A stretch of DNA of 64,000 nt from Parcubacteria group bacterium Gr01-1014_31. Lineage in GTDB: Bacteria; Patescibacteriota; Patescibacteriia; Buchananbacterales; GWA2-38-13. The DNA lies in assembly GCA_007376135.1 (NCBI GenBank), contig VMFR01000001.1, forward strand, positions 270,554 to 334,553, in the 5' to 3' direction. Positions 57,904-64,000 of this stretch are shown one piece after another; within the stretch, counting starts at the first letter, position 1; every line of letters starts with the position of its first letter. The notes below the pieces were generated by a model. It worked only from the letters and a program-made list of their open reading frames with translations. It was not told the origin of the DNA and made no database searches. The translations under genes were made by a program, and so were the position numbers.

Positions 57904-58133
57904 CGCCTTTCCGCCTCTGGACTTCGTCCGTTCCCCGTTCCTTTCGCCGGCTCTCCCCGAGGGCCGGTTTTTTATTACAAAAACTGGCGCCTTTCTGGGA
58001 AAGGTGCCATTGATAATCCGGCACTTGTCACCTCTTAGGAAGACATGTTCACGAGGATGGTCAGACGTGGATCATGCCTTTGTAGGATTCCGTGGCTCGG
58101 TGCATAACCCTGCCTAGACCGATCAACCGTTCA

Positions 58134-58616
58134 TCAAAATACCAATTTATCAACCCAGGATGGGACTCTAGGATTTTCAACTTTATCGTACTGGGGCCAA
58201 TAGGGTTTGATATCAACAACCGGCGTGTCGTTGAGAATATCCAATCCTTTTACTTTCAAAATATTGCCAACTCTACCCACCAGTTCAACCGTCGATAGCG
58301 CGATGGGATTTGGCCGCTGGGGACATCGGCACGCGAAAATCCCGCCGAACGGCACATCCGCCCTTCCCTGCGGGTGATGCCGCAGATGGCAGTGCTTCTC
58401 CTTATCCAGCCAGTAGACGACCATGATATGCGAATACTCCTCAATACCATCCAGACCCTTCGCGTATTCCTCGTTGATGACGATGTCAGTGACCACGTCC
58501 TTCCACCCCGGCAACGTCGGTTTATCTACCGAGTTTTTCGCGTACCCCAAGGGTCGCATGGTGATGGAACCATCCGCATTGGCGCTGCCTAAAAATTTAC
58601 AGAATTCGGTTTCCAT
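58134..58616 (-). CDS. trmO: tRNA m6t6A37 methyltransferase (TrmO/TsaA family)
   Basis: GLDGIEEYSH, GIFACRCPQRPNPIALS, LDILNDTPVVDIKPY. Confidence 0.88.
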   Translation of the reverse strand: METEFCKFLGSANADGSITMRPLGYAKNSVDKPTLPGWKDVVTDIVINEEYAKGLDGIEEYSHIMVVYWLDKEKHCHLRHHPQGRADVPFGGIFACRCPQRPNPIALSTVELVGRVGNILKVKGLDILNDTPVVDIKPYWPQYDKVENPRVPSWVDKLVF

Positions 58617-58738
58617 ACTGCCCCCATTATACGCTTTTGGCACCTTTTCAGAAAAGGTGCCACTGAAAATCGGCTTTCTTGGTACCTCTCTAAGAAAGGT
58701 GGCAATACTACTGCCCGTGGCATTTTTTCTGTGTATTA

Positions 58739-59170
58739 CTAACCCGCAGGGAAGTTTATTTCGAGAACTTCCCACGGTTGCCTAGAAACATCTGTATAGC
58801 GTATCCATTTCGGGATTATTTTAAAAAATTTAATCCCCAGCTTCTCAAACTTCACCGCCTCGGGGAACTTCGCGAAGTGTACCTGTTTATATTCCTCAAG
58901 TTCACTATCACTTAATTCGACTGTAATCCCTTCATATTGTACTGTTGCAGGTTCCCACCCAACCACCACAGAGACATTCTGGTTACTTTTCAGATTCTCA
59001 TACTTTCGGAAAGTCGACAGTGTGTCGAATATCAGCTCAAGATTCTCGCGAGCTGAAAGCTCCACCACGGCTGATTCCGATGTATTTTCTGAAGTTACAG
59101 TGGACAATACAGCCAGTTTGTTCTGGTTTATCAACGTCTTTATCTTTCTAATTTTGACATTATCTTCCAT
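58739..59170 (-). CDS. Pyridoxamine 5'-phosphate oxidase-like FMN-binding protein
   Basis: AVLSTV, RKYENL..NQNVS, VQYEG, PKWIRYTD. Confidence 0.8.
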   Translation of the reverse strand: MEDNVKIRKIKTLINQNKLAVLSTVTSENTSESAVVELSARENLELIFDTLSTFRKYENLKSNQNVSVVVGWEPATVQYEGITVELSDSELEEYKQVHFAKFPEAVKFEKLGIKFFKIIPKWIRYTDVSRQPWEVLEINFPAG

Positions 59171-59312
59171 AAACTTGTGTTTCTATTTCCCGTGACACTT
59201 CTTGAACCCTTCGACAAACTCAGGGTAGGCTTCTTCCCTCACCGTCCCGCCGTTGGCGGGACTCCGCTCGTTCCTACCAATTTCAAGCTTACTTTCCATG
59301 GCAATGCTAATA

Positions 59313-59534
59313 CTAATTGCCACGCGGATCGCCCAAATACTGAAATCGTGGCATCTTCTTACCATCAACTTCTACTTCCTCCAAAAACATCTTCAGCGGC
59401 CGCGCCCATAGATCAAAATCGCCATATAATGCTCGGTAAATTACCAATTCTTCCAGTGTCTCGCTGTGTCGCGCAGTACCGATAACTTCGTATTCTTTGC
59501 CCTTATAGTGTTGGTATTTTCCTAATTTAAGCAT
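59313..59534 (-). CDS. DUF1653 domain protein
   Basis: [11 protein letters not shown]...[25 protein letters not shown]. Confidence 0.9.
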   Translation of the reverse strand: MLKLGKYQHYKGKEYEVIGTARHSETLEELVIYRALYGDFDLWARPLKMFLEEVEVDGKKMPRFQYLGDPRGN

Positions 59535-59581
59535 GCTATTTTCCATGACATTTTTGTTGCTTATTATCCATACCGCAGGAA

Positions 59582-59998
59582 TTATACTTCTTTAAGTTCA
59601 AATCTTAGAATCGTTTTCCCCTCCGTCCAGACTTTTTCACCAAGTTTTTTCAGGTTCTGTAAATCTTCCTTATAAACATACCCGAATACATTGACGCAGT
59701 CGGAAAGTTTTGCTTCTCCATATACGATTGCGATGCTTCGGCTTACTTCGTTCCCTGGAATCGGAGAAGCATAACCCAATTCACCAACTTTCAAATTTAT
59801 AGAGGCATTTTCCTGTGGAATATTCAGTGATGGACCCTCTTTAATCCATATTTCTTCCCCAGCAAATCTTGCTTGTAACGCATTTGCTTCCAGCGGCAAC
59901 GCTTTGATAAATTCATCGCAAGTAACCGGAGCCTCTTTTTCGTAAAGATTAAATCTTATCGCTGGCAGGCCTTTGGTTTTAAGTTCAATGTAGAGCAT
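59582..59998 (-). CDS. Cyclophilin-like fold protein (DUF3830-like)
   Basis: APVTC..F...[24 protein letters not shown]. Confidence 0.7.
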   Translation of the reverse strand: MLYIELKTKGLPAIRFNLYEKEAPVTCDEFIKALPLEANALQARFAGEEIWIKEGPSLNIPQENASINLKVGELGYASPIPGNEVSRSIAIVYGEAKLSDCVNVFGYVYKEDLQNLKKLGEKVWTEGKTILRFELKEV

Positions 59999-60195
59999 AC
60001 ATTTGACTTCTACTTCCCGCGACATCTTTTATCCTCCTTCGCCAAGGCTACGGAAGTATTGCGAGATATCACTTACCGTGACATCTCTTGAACCCCGTAC
60101 CAGTCCGCCAGCGGCGGTCAACTACGGGGCAAGCTTCTTCCCTCACCCATCCTTCGACAAGCTCAGGACTCCGCTCGTTCCTACTAATTTCAAGC

Positions 60196-63012
60196 CTACT
60201 TTCCGTGGCAATGCTTGAATTTCACTGGCGTACCATCCGCCTTCTTCGCTCCACAAGGACAGGGGTCGTTGCGACCGACACGCGTGCCCTCGTAGTGGGT
60301 TTGCGCGTCGTCCACGTTAGACACCGTTTCGCGCTTGGCGACTTCGCGCGCCTGCGGCGTGTCGTCGTTTGAGGACGCGGCTGCCGCCACAGCCGATGGG
60401 CCGCGCTGCATTTCTTTTGAGGGTGCGGTGAACTGCATCGCGCCCAACCGCGGCTGTTGCATCAGCATCTGGCCGGCGACGCCGACCTTGTAGATGCTGT
60501 AGACGATCTGCTTGTTGACGATGTTGGTCAGCTCCGTGAACATGCGATAGGACTCGCGCTTGTACTCCACCAGCGGGTCCAGCTGGCCGTACCCGCGCAG
60601 CCCGATACCCGTACGCAAGTGGTCCATGGAATCCAGGTGGTCCATCCAGAGGGTGTCCATAGAGCGCAGCATCACGGCTTTTTCAATTTTGCGCATCGCC
60701 AGCTTGTCGCCGGTTGCAGCTTCGGCCGCCCGTTCCAGCTGGTCGTAGTGGGCAACCGCCAATTCTTTCAGGTAATCGATGACGCGGGTACGCGCCTCGG
60801 CGTCGGCCATCTTGTCGCCGGCCTTGCCGCGCCGAAGTTCCAATTGCTGCACGGCATCAGACGGCAGCGGGAAAATGGTCTTTGCGACCTCCGCCACCTC
60901 TTTCAAATCCCAGTCCTGCTGGTTTTCGCCTGCCGTGTGAAACCCGACGAACTGCGCGATTTCCTCGGCAACCAGTGAAAGCACGTCGTCGCGGAGGTTG
61001 TCGCCGTGCAAAATTTTCTTGCGGCGGCCGTACATGAGCTCGCGATGCTTGTTGACCACGTCGTCGTACTCCACCAAATGTTTGCGCAGGTCGAAGTTGT
61101 GCCCTTCCACTTTCTTCTGCGCGGCTTCCAGCGAGCGCGACACCATCCGGTTCTCAATGGGCATGTCTTCGGGGATCTTCAAGGTCTCCATGATGCCGCG
61201 GATACGGTCGGAGCCGAATATCTTCATCAGGTCGTCCTCGGTGCTCAAGAAGAATTGCGAAGAGCCCGGATCGCCCTGGCGGCCTGCGCGACCGCGCAGC
61301 TGGTTGTCGATTCTCCGCGACTCATGCCGCTCGGTGCCGATGATGTGCAGGCCCCCCAGCTCGCACACGACCTTGCCTTCCTCGGCGTCCGGCGGGTTAC
61401 CGCCCAGGATGATGTCCACGCCGCGGCCGGCCATGTTCGTGGCAATGGTCACCGCGCCCCGGCGGCCAGCCTGCGCGATGATCTGGCCTTCCTTTTCGTG
61501 CTGTTTGGCGTTCAGGAGCTGCGCCTCAATTCCCGATTGCGCCAGCAGCTGGCCCAGCAGTTCGTTCTTTTCAATGGAAATGGTACCCACCAGCACGGGC
61601 TGGCCCTTGGCATGGCGCGCTTTTATCTCGGCGACCACGGCCTGATATTTTCCGCCTTCGGTTTTATAGATGCGGTCGGGCAAGTCGCCGCGCACCATCG
61701 GCTTGTTGGTGGGCACCGTAACGACTTCCAAGTCGTAAATTTTTGAGAATTCCTCGGCTTCGGTGGCGGCGGTCCCGGTCATGCCGGCCAGTTTGTTGTA
61801 CAAGCGAAAAAGATTTTGGAACGTAACGGTGGCAAGTGTGCGGCTTTCCTGCTGGACCTTGACCCCTTCCTTGGCTTCGATGGCTTGGTGCAGCCCTTCG
61901 GAGTAGCGGCGGCCGTGCATCATGCGGCCGGTGAACTCGTCCACGATGATGATCTCGCCGTCCTTGACCACGTACTCCTTGTCCAGATGGTAGAGGGATT
62001 GCGCGCGCACCGCCTGTTCGATGTGGTGGACCAGGTCCATCCCGCCCTCGGCGTAGAGGTTGGATACCCCCAGCGCTTTCTCCACCTTGGTAATGCCTAC
62101 CTCGGTCAAGGTGGCCGCGCGCATCTTCAAGTCCACGTTGTAGTCGGTGTTCTCCACCAGAGTGCCGGCGATCTGGGCGAACTGCCGGTAACGATCCGAC
62201 GACTCGGCATCGGGGGCGGAAATGATGAGCGGAGTTCGCGCCTCATCAATGAGGATGGAGTCCACCTCGTCCACGATGGCGTAGTGCAGGCCGCGTTGGA
62301 CCTCCTGGACGGGAGCGCCGGCCATGTTGTCGCGCAGGTAGTCAAAGCCGAATTCGTTGTTCGTGCCGTAGGTGATGTCGCAGCCGTACGCTTCGCGCCG
62401 CGGCACGGGCCGCAGGTAGCTGTACTCCACGCGGAACGCGCCGGTCGTGTCGCGGACTTTGTCGCGCTCCTCCTCGGTGGGTTTTTGCTCCTCCACCTTG
62501 GTCTGCGTCTGGTAGGTCGGATCGTAGCGGAACGACGTTTCGTGCTGGATACAGCCGACCGTCATCCCGAGCGCGTGGTAGATCTGCCCCATCCAGACCG
62601 CATCGCGCCGCGCCAGGTAGTCGTTGACCGTTACCAGGTGACAACCCTTGCCCTCCAGCGCGTTGAGGTACATCGGCAAGGTTGCGGTCAACGTCTTTCC
62701 TTCACCCGTGCGCATCTCGGCGATCTGCCCGCGGTGCAGGACCATGCCGCCGAGCAGCTGCACGTCAAAATGGCGCTGGCCCAGCGTCCGAGAAGCTGCT
62801 TCCCGCACGGCCGCAAACGCTTGGGGCAGCAGCGCGTCCAACGCTTCGCCTTTCACGAGACGCTCGCGCAGGACCGCGGTTGCGCCCGACAATTCCGCGT
62901 CGGAAAACGCGCGGTATTTTTGCTCCAACGCGTTGACCTGGGCAACGATGGGCTCCAGAGTCTTCACGACGCGGGCGTTGGCATCACCGAAAATTTTGGT
63001 CAAAAGCGACAT
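60196..63012 (-). CDS. secA: Preprotein translocase ATPase SecA
   Basis: [56 protein letters not shown]...KHCHG. Confidence 0.99.
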   Translation of the reverse strand: MSLLTKIFGDANARVVKTLEPIVAQVNALEQKYRAFSDAELSGATAVLRERLVKGEALDALLPQAFAAVREAASRTLGQRHFDVQLLGGMVLHRGQIAEMRTGEGKTLTATLPMYLNALEGKGCHLVTVNDYLARRDAVWMGQIYHALGMTVGCIQHETSFRYDPTYQTQTKVEEQKPTEEERDKVRDTTGAFRVEYSYLRPVPRREAYGCDITYGTNNEFGFDYLRDNMAGAPVQEVQRGLHYAIVDEVDSILIDEARTPLIISAPDAESSDRYRQFAQIAGTLVENTDYNVDLKMRAATLTEVGITKVEKALGVSNLYAEGGMDLVHHIEQAVRAQSLYHLDKEYVVKDGEIIIVDEFTGRMMHGRRYSEGLHQAIEAKEGVKVQQESRTLATVTFQNLFRLYNKLAGMTGTAATEAEEFSKIYDLEVVTVPTNKPMVRGDLPDRIYKTEGGKYQAVVAEIKARHAKGQPVLVGTISIEKNELLGQLLAQSGIEAQLLNAKQHEKEGQIIAQAGRRGAVTIATNMAGRGVDIILGGNPPDAEEGKVVCELGGLHIIGTERHESRRIDNQLRGRAGRQGDPGSSQFFLSTEDDLMKIFGSDRIRGIMETLKIPEDMPIENRMVSRSLEAAQKKVEGHNFDLRKHLVEYDDVVNKHRELMYGRRKKILHGDNLRDDVLSLVAEEIAQFVGFHTAGENQQDWDLKEVAEVAKTIFPLPSDAVQQLELRRGKAGDKMADAEARTRVIDYLKELAVAHYDQLERAAEAATGDKLAMRKIEKAVMLRSMDTLWMDHLDSMDHLRTGIGLRGYGQLDPLVEYKRESYRMFTELTNIVNKQIVYSIYKVGVAGQMLMQQPRLGAMQFTAPSKEMQRGPSAVAAAASSNDDTPQAREVAKRETVSNVDDAQTHYEGTRVGRNDPCPCGAKKADGTPVKFKHCHGK

Positions 63013-63075
63013 AGAATGTTTGCCAATTTTACCCTAAACTCTGCCAAATTGCAAACGTCGGGAATCTGACTGGTT

Positions 63076-63325
63076 TTGACATTTAAAACACCCCATGTTA
63101 ACGTTTCGCTTCGCGCAGCCCTTTGGAAATTGCCCCGTGGGTTGGTGCTCCACTGATGTGCACCTTTGCCGTTTACGGCGTATTTCTTCCCCCGCCATTA
63201 CGGCGGGCTTCTCTCTTCACGCGCTGTGAACCCAACCCCCGGGGTTTGACCTCCGCCTACCGGGCTCGTCACCCTCTACCACCATCACCGCTAACGGTGT
63301 CGGTGAGTCCGGTAGGCTCTTTTTT
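63076..63325 (+). ncRNA. Candidate structured RNA (multi-hairpin domain plus long terminal stem)
   Basis: TTGACA-17 nt-TAACGT; GGGTTGG/CCAACCC enclosing four hairpins; GCCTACCGGGCTC/GAGTCCGGTAGGC + T run. Confidence 0.55.
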
Positions 63326-63337
63326 ATTCCCCACGGA

Positions 63338-63559
63338 TTGACAAAAAACACCGGAGAACCTACAGTGGCAACGCCCTTTCCCATACCAACTATCCGGGAA
63401 AACCATCGTGACGGTGACCTACCCCTACAACAGCTCACCGCCCCTGGTTCTCCCGGACCAATATTCGCTCGCCGGATCGCAGGCTGCTTCTCCCTCCAAA
63501 CTCCCTTTTCCCCAAAGGGATCAACTCGCAGCTCGCATTTCCGGCGGGCTTTTCTTTTT
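63338..63559 (+). ncRNA. Candidate structured RNA with C-rich loops
   Basis: TTGACA-17 nt-TACAGT; TCCGGGA/TCCCGGA, CGGTGA/TCACCG; GCTCGCCGGA/TCCGGCGGGC + T run. Confidence 0.55.
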
Positions 63560-63730
63560 CCCGCGGCCGAAAATAATGCACCCCGATCAGGCCATTTGTG
63601 CCGCTTTGGAGGGACAATCATTCTATTTACCAGATACTCTGAAAACTATTGGATCTCATATTGACATCCTCGGAAAAGTGTGATGAAATCAGCACGCTAA
63701 CAACCACCTTCGGTATTGGATAGATTGATT

Positions 63731-64000
63731 ATGATAAATCTGATTTCCTTCGGCAGTGATGAGAATCGTCTCTGGAAGGCGCTGGAGAACGGGCAGTGCA
63801 TCACTCGGGAACAATTTCGCGAAGCAACGCGGCAGGCGCGCAGCACCGGGCGCTTCCTAACCGATGTGCTATTGCAGAACTATGCCCTGGAGCCGGAAAA
63901 AATGCTGCTGGTCATTTCGGCAACGCTGCATTTCCCGCCGGTACGACTGGCCGACCGGGTCATCTCGCCCGCCGTGCTCAACCTCATCCCGAAAGAGGTC
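63731..64000 (+). CDS. N-terminus of a probable GspE/PilB-type ATPase (truncated by the window end)
   Basis: Open frame MINLISFG...VISPAVLNLIPKEV resembling a T2SSE N-domain; TTGACA at 63661. Confidence 0.55.
   Translation, partial: MINLISFGSDENRLWKALENGQCITREQFREATRQARSTGRFLTDVLLQNYALEPEKMLLVISATLHFPPVRLADRVISPAVLNLIPKEV

Larger units (their letters stand above)
58708..60092 (-). repeat. Six degenerate copies of the secA terminal codons
   Basis: FKRCHGK* 60069-60092, KRCRGK* 60010-60030, QKCHGK* 59536-59556, HCHGK* 59289-59306, FKKCHGK* 59183-59206, KKCHGQ* 58708-58728. Confidence 0.85.

Noticed and set aside
58708..60219. secA-tail repeats as a CRISPR array or integron attC sites
   Set aside because: Repeats are conserved at codon level rather than DNA level, spacing is gene-sized and irregular, and there are no cas or intI genes or GTTRRRY-bounded hairpins.
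63130..63246. Cloverleaf-like fold as a tRNA
   Set aside because: No TTCRA T-loop, D-loop GG or CCA end.
1..64000. Alternative genetic code 25 (TGA read as Gly)
   Set aside because: Several clear genes end in TGA at the expected family length (pyrH, mltG, xseB), so code 11 applies.

Overview
High-GC bacterial chromosome segment, inferred to come from Patescibacteria/CPR (ABY1/Parcubacteria-like). The inference rests on CPR-type pilins, an archaeal-type UMP kinase, a CPR-type HTH regulator, a compact mraZ-rsmH-ftsL-ftsI-murF block and genetic code 11. Core genes include cysS, metK with a SAM-I riboswitch, xseAB, the dcw genes, rplJL with an L10 leader, pyrH, a class II amino-acid decarboxylase, mltG, pcm, uppP, mutM, corA and secA. 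They are interleaved with many self-contained promoter-to-terminator units. Four unexplained signals stand out. (1) Downstream of secA, six degenerate copies of its last codons (K-C-H-G-K-stop) sit in an array, four of them directly ahead of a cargo gene, with no integrase in the window; a similar scar lies between the decarboxylase gene and pyrH. (2) A ~600-nt highly structured ORF-less RNA lies next to an IS1595 transposase and a Panacea antitoxin pair. (3) About ten further ORF-less sigma70-promoter-to-terminator units fold into G-U-rich structures, several in tandem. (4) A ~100-nt hairpin element flanked by CATA direct repeats sits exactly at the start codons of rsmH, pcm and mutM. No rRNA, tRNA or CRISPR array was seen. 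All calls are from manual reading; no searches or folding programs were run.
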